DNA of 64,000 nt from Candidatus Oxydemutatoraceae bacterium (lineage in GTDB: Bacteria; Pseudomonadota; Gammaproteobacteria; Poriferisulfidales; Oxydemutatoraceae): the NCBI GenBank assembly GCA_965211995.1, contig OZ243040.1, positions 1,362,163-1,426,162 on the forward strand, given 5' to 3'. The notes below the pieces were generated by a model. The model did no database searches. It saw only the letters and a list, made by a program, of their open reading frames with translations, and was not told the DNA's origin. The translations under genes and the position numbers were made by a program. Numbering within the stretch: the stretch's first letter is position 1; each line of letters starts with the position of its first letter. Positions 20,521 to 29,038 of the stretch are shown here, piece by piece.

Positions 20521-21228
20521 ATGCTAAGGGCGTTGCTGATTCTTGCGGCCATCGCGGCGCTGGTGCTGCTTGCGCGGGCGTGGCTCAAGCAGCCCGCGCC
20601 GTCGCGCCTCAAGTGGATGCTTTATATCACAGTCGCCGTCGTCGCCGTGCTCGCCTTGTTCGGCAAACTGCACTGGCTTGCGGTGCTCGGCGCGGCCATC
20701 GCGGGCGTGTTGCCGGTGATCGTAAAAAAACTGTTCTTGTTGATACGGTACTTCCCATTGCTCAGCGGCCTTATCAGCCGCGCCGGTTACGGCAAAAGCG
20801 GCAACGCGCGCTTTGAAACCGCGTGGCTGCGCCTCGAAGTCAACCCCGCGCTCGGCACGCTCGACGGCGAAGTGCTGCAAGGCGAGTTCAAAGGCCGGCG
20901 GCTGTCGGCGCTGAGCCTGCCCGAACTCGAGCGGTTGCACGCGGCGCTGCGCGGGTGCGACATGAAAAGCGCGATGCTGCTGCACAGCTACATCGCGCTC
21001 AGAAAACGCACGCACGGTGCGCGCGGCGACGGTGCCGCCCCCCGCGACGACGCGATGACGCGCGCAGAGGCGTTGAACGTGCTCGGCCTCAAGGACGGCG
21101 CGACGCACGCGGAGATCACCCACGCGCACAAGCGCCTGATTCAGAAAATGCACCCGGACCGCGGCGGCTCGCACTACCTCGCGGCGAAAATCAACCGGGC
21201 GAAAGAATTGCTGCTCAAGACGTTATGA
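20521..21228 (+). CDS. Membrane protein with C-terminal DnaJ (J) domain
   Basis: N-terminal TM helices; MTRAEALNVLGL...HPDRGGS..LAAKINRAKE. Confidence 0.88.
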   Translation: MLRALLILAAIAALVLLARAWLKQPAPSRLKWMLYITVAVVAVLALFGKLHWLAVLGAAIAGVLPVIVKKLFLLIRYFPLLSGLISRAGYGKSGNARFETAWLRLEVNPALGTLDGEVLQGEFKGRRLSALSLPELERLHAALRGCDMKSAMLLHSYIALRKRTHGARGDGAAPRDDAMTRAEALNVLGLKDGATHAEITHAHKRLIQKMHPDRGGSHYLAAKINRAKELLLKTL

Positions 21229-23363
21229 AATTTCCCGGATTGCCGCGGAGATTGCGCCGCCGGCCCGTCCCCGCGCCTAAGCCGGTGCGGGCGCGCATGA
21301 CCGCGCTGTACGGCGGCATGGGCGAACGCGAACTGCAACTGCGCATGGAATTGATCTTCGAAGACTTTATTGCGCACCGCGACTACCGGGTGCTGGAACC
21401 GGCCCGGCGCCTGGCCGCGCTCAGTCTGTCCGAACAGGAGCGCTTTCTCAAAGCCGCCGAGCAACTTGCGCGGAAAAGTTTCAAACTCGCCTACCGCTTT
21501 TGTCTCGACGGGGTCGCGGCGCTGGCCGAGATCACCGGCACCGAATGGGACGAGTGGCTTGCGACGCTTGAGCGGCAACTGCACGACAACGGCGAAGACG
21601 CCGCGATTGCCTACCTGAAAGATCTGGATTCTCATCTGCGCCTGATCAGGCTGCCGCAATCCGCGGTCACGTTTGAGACAGCCGCACCCGTGATCGAGCG
21701 CCTGCTCACCGCCCTCGGCGGACGCCGGCTCGCGGTGCAGGCGCACGCGGACATATTCACCGACACCGCGCGGGTCTGTCTGCCGAAAACCTGCTCGCTG
21801 TTTCCCGAGGCGCACAAAAATTTCGCTTTCTACAAAGCGACCGCCGTGTTCCTGTGGGCGCAGAACAGATTCGGAACCTGGCGCGTTGACATCCCGCGGC
21901 TGCTGTACGACGCCCCCGACTCCGACAAGGCGACGGCGCTGTTTCAGGCGCTCGAAAACCTGCGTCTCGACGCCTGCATCGCAAGAGAATTGCCGGGCGT
22001 CGCGCGCGTTATCGCCGAACTCGGCAGGCAGTCCGGACGCCTGCCCGACGACGACCGCTGGCGGCACGCCGCACAGCGGCTCGCGCGGGCCGGCGCGACC
22101 GCGCACGACAGCCTCGAGATGGTCGAGACGCTGTACCGCGCGCCGGCGCCGCAGCCGACCGTCTATCAGGGCGCGTTCAAGCCGGTGGCGGTCATGCGCG
22201 CGATGAAAACACGCATCGCCGCCGAGCGCACGACGCTGCAGCAGGCGTTGTCGGAGCTGAGCGGTCAACTCAACGCCGCCGAAAGCAACGCGAGGTTCAT
22301 GCTCAAAGTTGACCGGGACGCCGACGTCTATGACTTTGAACTTTCGCACGACGGCGAAATAGCCGAGATCACGCCTGAGATCAAGCGGCTGCTCGGGTCG
22401 GCGATGCTGGACTTCGGGGAAGTGCCCGAGGATTATCTGAGCGCCGGCAAAGGCGACAAGCCCGGGCGGGCGCGGGAACACACGCACGAGGACGCCGCCG
22501 CGCTGCTGCCCGAGTGGGACCATTCGATCCGGCGCTACCGCCCCGACTGGTGCCGGGTGTTCCTGCGCGAAGTGCCGGGCGGCGACCCCGGCTTCGCGGC
22601 GCAAACGCTCGCGCGCCACGGCGGCCTGCTTAAGCGGCTGCGGCGGACTTTCGAGGCGCTGCGCGAAGGCGATGCGCTGCACCGGCGCGAACCCGACGGC
22701 GACGACATCAATCTCGACGCGGCGATTGAAACCGCGGTGACGGTTCGGCGCGGCGAGGAACCCGACGCGGGCGCTTACATCCGGCACAAAAAAACCGACC
22801 GCAATATCGCGGTGGCGTTCCTCGCGGACCTGAGCGGCTCGACCGGCGGCTGGATCAATCAAACCGAAAAAGAGGCGCTGGTGCTGCTGTGTGAATCACT
22901 CGAGACGCTCGGCGACCGCTACGCGATTTACGGGTTTTCGGGGCGCACGCGCGCGCGCTGCGACATTTTCAGGATCAAGTCTTTCGCTGAAAGTTACGGC
23001 GACGAGGTGAAAAGAAAAATTGACGGCGTCGCGCCGCAGGGCTACACGCGCATCGGCGCCGCGATCCGTTTCGTGCGCACCGAATTGCTGCGCGCGGAAG
23101 CCCGAACCCGAATCATGATTACGTTGTCCGACGGGCGCCCGGACGACCGCGACGGCTACCGCGGGCAATACGGCATCGAAGACACGCGCCGCGCCCTGCT
23201 CGAAACCGGCTTTCGGGGAATCCACCCCTACTGCATCACGATCGACCGTGAAGCGTCGGATTACTTGCCGTATATGTACGGGCGCGCAAACTATTCGATC
23301 GTTGACCGCGTTGAGAAACTGCCGTTGCAAGTATCCGATATCTACCGGCGCATCACCGCCTGA
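21225..23363 (+). CDS. NorD/CbbO-family von Willebrand factor A protein
   Basis: EWDHSIRRYRPDWC, DGDDINLDA, DLSGST (MIDAS), YTRIGAAIR, LSDGRPDD. ATG 21225 overlaps the upstream stop (ATGA). Confidence 0.87.
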   Translation: MKFPGLPRRLRRRPVPAPKPVRARMTALYGGMGERELQLRMELIFEDFIAHRDYRVLEPARRLAALSLSEQERFLKAAEQLARKSFKLAYRFCLDGVAALAEITGTEWDEWLATLERQLHDNGEDAAIAYLKDLDSHLRLIRLPQSAVTFETAAPVIERLLTALGGRRLAVQAHADIFTDTARVCLPKTCSLFPEAHKNFAFYKATAVFLWAQNRFGTWRVDIPRLLYDAPDSDKATALFQALENLRLDACIARELPGVARVIAELGRQSGRLPDDDRWRHAAQRLARAGATAHDSLEMVETLYRAPAPQPTVYQGAFKPVAVMRAMKTRIAAERTTLQQALSELSGQLNAAESNARFMLKVDRDADVYDFELSHDGEIAEITPEIKRLLGSAMLDFGEVPEDYLSAGKGDKPGRAREHTHEDAAALLPEWDHSIRRYRPDWCRVFLREVPGGDPGFAAQTLARHGGLLKRLRRTFEALREGDALHRREPDGDDINLDAAIETAVTVRRGEEPDAGAYIRHKKTDRNIAVAFLADLSGSTGGWINQTEKEALVLLCESLETLGDRYAIYGFSGRTRARCDIFRIKSFAESYGDEVKRKIDGVAPQGYTRIGAAIRFVRTELLRAEARTRIMITLSDGRPDDRDGYRGQYGIEDTRRALLETGFRGIHPYCITIDREASDYLPYMYGRANYSIVDRVEKLPLQVSDIYRRITA

Positions 23364-23480
23364 CCGCCCCGTCCATCAAGGGGCCCACCGCGCCCGTGCC
23401 GGCGCGGGCGGCTGATGACCCGGCAAGATTGACGCGGCTGGGTGCAAAGCAAATGAGAAACGGATCTGCGACGGGAAACA

Positions 23481-23656
23481 GCCGGATTCAAATCTGAAGC
23501 GCGGCGTTGGCCCGTCATGCTCTTGTGCCCGCCCGCGTTGCTTTCTGTGTTGCCCCCACCGACCGGGCTGTGCGCGGCCGACTCCCCCTTAATTGGCGGG
23601 AATGATGGTCAGCGGCCTGACCTTCTTCCTTTTAGCGCACTTCGGACTGGAAGTTG
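23481..23656. repeat. MITE-like element copy 3
   Basis: gccggattcaaatctgaagcgcggcgttggcccgtcat ... gcgcacttcggactggaagttg; colinear with copy 2. Confidence 0.75.
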
Positions 23657-23705
23657 GCTCACACCGCGCCCGTGCCGACGCGGGCGAGAAAAAAATCCGG
23701 AGAAC

Positions 23706-25094
23706 TTACAGGCGGTCGTAGATGTAAAAGCCGCCGAAATAGGTGCCGAACGCCGATCCGATGCTGCTCAGAAAAAACACCAGCAAAGTCCGCGCGACGC
23801 GGTTGTGCCGCCACCCCGACCAGTGCATCGTGTCCTTGCGGAGGTTCTTGAAATCGGCGACCGTAGGCTGTCTCATATACACTTCGGCGGCGGCGGTGAC
23901 CATGCCGGCGCCGACAGTCGGGTTGATCGAGGTCAGCGGCGCGGCCAGAAACGCGGTGAGGATGGTCAGCGGATGTCCGCCGGCGAGCAACGCGCCGAGC
24001 GAGGAAAGACCGCCGTTGATCAAGATCCACGCGAACACCAACTCAAGCCCGAGCGCGGTGTTGTGCCTGAAACCCGCGGCGAAGCCGGCGAGGATCACGC
24101 CGACTACGATCCACGGGACAAACTTGATCCATTTTGAACCCGCCGGCGTCTTGTTGAGTTCCGTAGCCTCGCCGCGCGGGTCGTCTATTTTTCCCCTGAG
24201 ATAATCCAGCAGCACGTCGGCGAGTCCGCGCACGTGTCCCATGCCGACCACCACCAACATCCGCGCCGGTTTCTGACGGCATATATGAGAGATGATGCAC
24301 GCCCCCATGTAGCGGTCGCGCTCGGTGATCAATGCCTTATACAGGCGCGGGTCGAGTGCCTGCAATTCCTGGAACATGCCGGTGAGCACGTCGCCCTGCT
24401 GCATCTCCTCGGCGTGGACTTCGCTGAGCCTGCGGCGGCTGAACAAACTGACCAGCAATCCGCTGAGCAGCATCATGCGCCGCCACCACGGCACGCTGCG
24501 GTAAACCCGCTTGAGCGTCACCCCGATATCGCGGTCTATCAACTCCAACTTGATGCCACGCTCGTGCGAAGTGTGCACCGCTTCCTTCATCTCGCCGCCG
24601 AGTTCGACGCCGAGATGGTCGGCGAGGCGCTCCTGATAGGCGCTGAGCGCGACCAGCGCGGTCATCGCGCCGAGTTTGCGTTCGCGGATGGCCTTCCCGA
24701 GATCAATCCGCGTGATCGCGTCGGGATCAACGATTGCCTTATGCCGGCTCTCGCACAGTTCGACCGCGACCATGTCGTAGTCGTCGCCCGCGAGCAATTC
24801 CGCGACGTGTTCGCGGCTCAACCGCGATATATGCACGGTGCCGAGAATGTCAACGCGGGTTTTGCCGATGTTCAGCGTCGGCAATTGGTCGGCCAATTTC
24901 TCGGGCGGCTGCCCGGCTTGTTCGTCGGCTACTTTCTCGGGCGGCTGCCCGGCTTGTTCGTCGGCCACTTTCTCGGGCGGCTGCCCGGCTTGTTCGTCGG
25001 CCACTTTCTCGGGCGGCTGCCCGGCTTGTTCGTCGGCCAATTTCTCGGGCGGCTGCCCGGTTTGTTCGTCGGCCACTTTGTCTTCGGTGCTCAT
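23706..25094 (-). CDS. TraB/GumN-family (pheromone shutdown-like) membrane protein with an N-terminal 12-aa repeat
   Basis: LGTVHIS, VAVELC, IDRDIGVTLKR, ERDRYM, VVGMGH, APLTSINP. Start at ATG 25094. Confidence 0.88.
   Translation of the reverse strand: MSTEDKVADEQTGQPPEKLADEQAGQPPEKVADEQAGQPPEKVADEQAGQPPEKVADEQAGQPPEKLADQLPTLNIGKTRVDILGTVHISRLSREHVAELLAGDDYDMVAVELCESRHKAIVDPDAITRIDLGKAIRERKLGAMTALVALSAYQERLADHLGVELGGEMKEAVHTSHERGIKLELIDRDIGVTLKRVYRSVPWWRRMMLLSGLLVSLFSRRRLSEVHAEEMQQGDVLTGMFQELQALDPRLYKALITERDRYMGACIISHICRQKPARMLVVVGMGHVRGLADVLLDYLRGKIDDPRGEATELNKTPAGSKWIKFVPWIVVGVILAGFAAGFRHNTALGLELVFAWILINGGLSSLGALLAGGHPLTILTAFLAAPLTSINPTVGAGMVTAAAEVYMRQPTVADFKNLRKDTMHWSGWRHNRVARTLLVFFLSSIGSAFGTYFGGFYIYDRL
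24888..25079. repeat. In-frame 36-bp tandem repeat, ~5.3 copies, K(V/L)ADEQ(A/T)GQPPE
   Basis: tttctcgggcggctgcccggcttgttcgtcggcca repeated; visible in the translation. Confidence 0.95.
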
Positions 25095-25888
25095 TGCGAA
25101 ACCGCCTGTTTGTGCAGTTGCGGCTGCGATTGCCGAGTCAACGGAGCGCACACCGGGCACGCCGGGTTTTGCGGGATTGTCAGGGTGCGCCATTCCATGC
25201 GCGCGCCGTCGAACAATAACAACCGCCCGAACAGCGGCGCGCCGACACCGAGCAGCAACTTGACCGTCTCGACCGCCTGCACCGCGCCGATGACGCCCGC
25301 GACCGGCGCGAGGACGCCGCTTTGCACGCACGCTTCATCGGCGCCGACGCCGTCGGCGTACAGACATTCATAACACGGCGAGCCGGGCACCGACGCGAAC
25401 ACCGCGACCTGCCCTTCCATGCGCGCCACCGCGCCGCTGACCAGCGGCGTACCCGCTTCGACGCAGGCGCGGTTCACCGCGTGGCGGGTGGAGAAATTGT
25501 CACAGCCGTCCACCACTACGTCGGCGCGCGCGACCTGCGCGGGCAACGTGCCGGAGTCCAGCCTCGCGCACACGGTCTCGACCGACACCTCCGGGTTCAG
25601 GCGCCGCAAGGTGCGCCGCGCCGAGTCGGTCTTGGCCCGCCCGACGGCGTCGTCGGCATGAATGATCTGGCGCTGCAAATTGGACAATTCGACCTGATCG
25701 TCGTCGGCGACGATCAGGCGGCCGACGCCGCTCGCGGCCAGATACATCGCCGCGGGCGAACCGAGACCGCCGAGGCCGACGATGAGCACACTCGAATCGA
25801 GCAACTTGTGCTGCCCCTCGATGCCGATTTCGGGCAACAAGATCTGCCGGCTGTAACGCAGCAGTTGTGAATCGTTCAGATCACGCAC
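25091..25888 (-). CDS. moeB: molybdopterin-synthase adenylyltransferase (MoeB/ThiF family)
   Basis: RYSRQI, VGLGGLG, SNLQRQ, CYEC and CPVC zinc motifs. Start taken as GTG 25888. Confidence 0.88.
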   Translation of the reverse strand: MRDLNDSQLLRYSRQILLPEIGIEGQHKLLDSSVLIVGLGGLGSPAAMYLAASGVGRLIVADDDQVELSNLQRQIIHADDAVGRAKTDSARRTLRRLNPEVSVETVCARLDSGTLPAQVARADVVVDGCDNFSTRHAVNRACVEAGTPLVSGAVARMEGQVAVFASVPGSPCYECLYADGVGADEACVQSGVLAPVAGVIGAVQAVETVKLLLGVGAPLFGRLLLFDGARMEWRTLTIPQNPACPVCAPLTRQSQPQLHKQAVSQ

Positions 25889-26195
25889 GGGGGCGATTCT
25901 TGTTGCGGGCTTCAAGCGCGGCCTTTTGTTCGGGCGTCATTTCCGTTTGATATTTTCTCTTCCACTCGGCGTAGGGCATGCCGTAGATCAGTTCGCGCGC
26001 GAACTCGTAGTCCACGCTGACGCCGCGCTCTTCGGCGGCGGCGACGTACCACTTGGACAGGCAGTTGCGGCAGAAGTCGGCGAGATTCATCAGGTCTATG
26101 TTCTGAACCTCGGTTTTGCCGCGCAGGTGGCGCACCAGGCGCTCGAACACCGCCGCCTCTATCGCCTGTTGGTCGCCGTCTGAAATGGCCGCCAT
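25881..26195 (-). CDS. DUF1244-family protein
   Basis: VQNIDLMNLADFCRNCLSKWY, YGMPYAEWK. Confidence 0.85.
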   Translation of the reverse strand: MAAISDGDQQAIEAAVFERLVRHLRGKTEVQNIDLMNLADFCRNCLSKWYVAAAEERGVSVDYEFARELIYGMPYAEWKRKYQTEMTPEQKAALEARNKNRPRA

Positions 26196-26245
26196 CTTTT
26201 CAACTCCCGGAAAACGTCCGCTTCCTTGTATTATACGCGCACGGT

Positions 26246-26486
26246 AACCGCTTGAATGAGACGCATGAATACCGCCGCGACCTATCCCAAAGACGACATC
26301 ACCTGCGCGATCCTTGCGGGCGGCAAAGGCTCGCGCATGGGCAACCGCAACAAGGGACTGGTCGAACCGCTTGAATGAGACGCATGAATACCGCCGCGAC
26401 CTATCCCAAAGACGACATCACCTGCGCGATCCTTGCGGGCGGCAAAGGCTCGCGCATGGGCAACCGCGACAAGGGACTGATCGAAC
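26246..26486. repeat. 119-bp tandem duplication of the mobA 5' end
   Basis: aaccgcttgaatgagacgcatg at 26246 and 26365; two substitutions between copies. Confidence 0.95.
26256..26378 (+). pseudogene. 40-aa duplicated MobA N-terminal fragment (upstream mini-ORF)
   Basis: MRRMNTAATYPKDDITCAILAGGKGSRMGNRNKGLVEPLE*; its TGA overlaps the mobA ATG. Confidence 0.6.
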
Positions 26487-26995
26487 TGACGGGGCGCCCG
26501 ATGATCGAGCACGTGCTCGAGCGCGTCACGCCCCAGGTCAGCGGCGTCGTAATCAGCGCCAACCGCCATCTCGAGGAATACCGCCGCTACCACCGCCCGG
26601 TAATCGCCGACGCGGCGGACGACTTCCGCGGACCGCTCGCGGGGATTGCGGCGGCGCTGCGCCATTGCGACACGCGATGGACGCTGAGCGTGCCGTGCGA
26701 CAGCCCGCTGCTGCCGCTCGACCTCGCCGCGCGCCTGTACCGTGCGCTTGCGACGCAAGGCGCGGACGTCGCGGTCGCCGACGACGGGGAACGCCTGCAT
26801 CCGGTGTTCTGCCTGATAGCGCGGCATCTCACCGGCGACCTCGAGGACTTTCTCGCGGGCGGCGAGCGCAAAATTGACCGTTGGTTCAAGCGGGTCGGCA
26901 CCGCGCGCGCCGACTTCAGCGACGAGCCCGAATGTTTCGGCAACGTCAACACCGCGGGCGAGTTGGCCCGGGTCGAGCAAGCATTGGCGCAATGA
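26375..26995 (+). CDS. mobA: molybdenum cofactor guanylyltransferase
   Basis: ILAGGKGSRMG..DKGL, GPLAGI, VPCDSP, NVNT. Confidence 0.96.
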   Translation: MRRMNTAATYPKDDITCAILAGGKGSRMGNRDKGLIELTGRPMIEHVLERVTPQVSGVVISANRHLEEYRRYHRPVIADAADDFRGPLAGIAAALRHCDTRWTLSVPCDSPLLPLDLAARLYRALATQGADVAVADDGERLHPVFCLIARHLTGDLEDFLAGGERKIDRWFKRVGTARADFSDEPECFGNVNTAGELARVEQALAQ

Positions 26996-27175
26996 TGAAC
27001 CGGCGCTCTTCCATACACCCCCCGGTCCTCGGTTTCTGCGCGTACAGCGGCACCGGCAACGTCAACACCGCGGGCGAGTTGGCCCGGGTCGAGCAAGCAT
27101 TGGCGCAATGATGAACCGGCGCTCTTCCATACGCCCCCCGATCCTCGGTTTCTGCGCGTACAGCGGCACCGGCAA
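26938..27175. repeat. 116-bp tandem duplication spanning the mobA/mobB junction
   Basis: cggcaacgtcaacaccgcgg at 26938 and 27054; CGGCAA microhomology; two substitutions. Confidence 0.95.
26992..27111 (+). pseudogene. 39-aa chimeric mini-ORF (MobB N-terminus fused in frame to MobA C-terminus)
   Basis: MMNRRSSIHPPVLGFCAYSGTG|NVNTAGELARVEQALAQ*; ATGA overlaps at both ends. Confidence 0.6.
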
Positions 27176-27656
27176 GACCACGCTGCTGACCTCGCTGCTG
27201 CCGCTGCTCAAAGCGCAGGGCGTCAAGGTCGGCATGGTCAAGCACGCGCACCACAAGTTCGACACCGACCGTCCCGGCAAGGACAGTTATGAATTGCGCA
27301 AAGCGGGCGCGCAGCAGATGCTGGTGTCGTCGAGCAAGCGCTGGGCGCTGGTCACCGAATTGCTTGAGGGCGAGGACGAAGCAAATCTCGATGAGCTGAT
27401 CGCGCACCTCGATCACGCCGCTCTCGACCTGATCCTGGTCGAGGGTTTCAAGCGCGAAGCGTTCCCGAAAATCGAACTGCACCGTCCCGAACTCGGCAAG
27501 CCGACGCTGTACCGCCACGACCGAAACATCATCGCCTTCGCAACCAACGGCGCGCCGCCCGCCGGCATTTCGATCCCGGTACTGGATCTCGGCGCACCCG
27601 CGAAAATTCGCAACTTCATCACCGACTTCATCAACGTCAAAACGGCGGACGCATAA
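27108..27656 (+). CDS. mobB: molybdopterin-guanine dinucleotide biosynthesis protein B
   Basis: AYSGTGKTTLL Walker A, KHAHH, DRPGKDS, LVEGFK. Confidence 0.96.
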   Translation: MMNRRSSIRPPILGFCAYSGTGKTTLLTSLLPLLKAQGVKVGMVKHAHHKFDTDRPGKDSYELRKAGAQQMLVSSSKRWALVTELLEGEDEANLDELIAHLDHAALDLILVEGFKREAFPKIELHRPELGKPTLYRHDRNIIAFATNGAPPAGISIPVLDLGAPAKIRNFITDFINVKTADA

Positions 27657-27720
27657 CCGCACGGCGCGCGCGTATCGCCCAATCCTGTATAATTGCGCGT
27701 TTCACCGCAACGAACGCGTA

Positions 27721-29028
27721 ATGCCAAAGCAAGACACCGGCGTCAAACTCATCGGCAACCAAAGCGGCAGAGAAGTCGAATTGCCGGTGCTGCCCGGCGC
27801 CGAGGGTCCGAGCACCCTCGACGTCGGCAAACTGCCGCAGAAACTGGGCTATTTCACGTTTGACCCGGGCTTCGTATCCACCGCGAGTTGCGCCAGCAAG
27901 ATCACCTACATAGACGGCAAAAAGGGGCTGCTCAGATACCGCGGCTACCCGATTGAGGAACTCGCCGAACACAGCAACTTCATCGAATCGGCGTACCTGC
28001 TGTATTACGGCGAACTGCCGCAGCAAGCGCAACTCGAGGAATTCAACCGCCGTCTCGCCGAGCACGCCGCGCTCGAGCGCGCGACCATGACCGCGCTGCA
28101 AAACGCCTTCCCGAGCGACGCGCATCCGATGGCGATGCTGATGGCCGCGGTGAGCCTGATCGCCGCGCTGCACCATAAGGGAAAAGACGTGTACGACGCG
28201 AACTACCGCGAGACCGCGTTTCTGCGCCTGCTCGCGAAGATGGCGACAATCACCGCCTGGATCTTGCGTCATCACCTGGGCCGGGAGCCGGTGGCCCCCG
28301 ACCCGCGGCGTCCGTACACCGAGAATTTCCTGCGGATGATGTTCGCCGGCGACTCCCCCCCGGTCAGCGCCACTTTCGTGCAAGCGATGGATTTGATCCT
28401 GCTGCTGCACGCCGACCACGAACAAAACGCCTCGACCTCGGCGGTGCGCGTGATCGGCAGCACCGAAACCAGTCCGTACGCGGCGCTGGTCGGAGGCATC
28501 GCGTCGCTGTGGGGGCCGGCGCACGGCGGCGCCAACGAAGCCGTGGTCAAGATGCTCGAGAACATCGTGCGCTCGGGAGAATCCATCGGCCACTACATCG
28601 CCCGCGCGAAGGACAAGAAAGACAACTTCCGCCTGATGGGATTCGGGCACCGGGTGTATAAGCACTACGACCCGCGCGCCAAGATCATACGCGGAACCTG
28701 CCACAGCCTGCTGTCCGAACTCGAGCCGGACAACCCCAACCGGCCGCTGCTCGATACCGCGATGAAACTCGAGGCGATTGCCCTCGAAGACGAGTATTTC
28801 ATCTCGCGGAAGTTGTATCCGAACGTGGATTTCTACTCGGGCATCATCCTGAGCGCGATGAAACTGCCGCTCGACATGTTCACGGCGATCTTCGCCCTCG
28901 CCAGAACCGCCGGCTGGATCAGCCATTGGGATGAAATGATGTCCGAGGGGCACGCGCGAATCTACCGCCCGCGCCAACTCTATACCGGCAACACCGAAAG
29001 AAACTACCTGCCGCTCGCGCAGCGCTGA
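27721..29028 (+). CDS. gltA: type II citrate synthase
   Basis: HADHEQNAST, GPAHGGANE, MGFGHRVYK, YPNVDFYSG. Confidence 0.98.
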   Translation: MPKQDTGVKLIGNQSGREVELPVLPGAEGPSTLDVGKLPQKLGYFTFDPGFVSTASCASKITYIDGKKGLLRYRGYPIEELAEHSNFIESAYLLYYGELPQQAQLEEFNRRLAEHAALERATMTALQNAFPSDAHPMAMLMAAVSLIAALHHKGKDVYDANYRETAFLRLLAKMATITAWILRHHLGREPVAPDPRRPYTENFLRMMFAGDSPPVSATFVQAMDLILLLHADHEQNASTSAVRVIGSTETSPYAALVGGIASLWGPAHGGANEAVVKMLENIVRSGESIGHYIARAKDKKDNFRLMGFGHRVYKHYDPRAKIIRGTCHSLLSELEPDNPNRPLLDTAMKLEAIALEDEYFISRKLYPNVDFYSGIILSAMKLPLDMFTAIFALARTAGWISHWDEMMSEGHARIYRPRQLYTGNTERNYLPLAQR

Positions 29029-29038
29029 CGCACCGCGG

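Noticed and set aside
20823-21224. Long N-terminal extensions in the ORF track (vWA protein; likewise leuB, alaC, moeA, traB, aceA, ybaN)
   Set aside because: They overlap neighbouring real genes; internal starts adjacent to upstream stops fit better.
26246-27175. Duplications as pure assembly artefacts
   Set aside because: Copies carry distinct substitutions and microhomology junctions, which favours real events; read-level confirmation is still needed.
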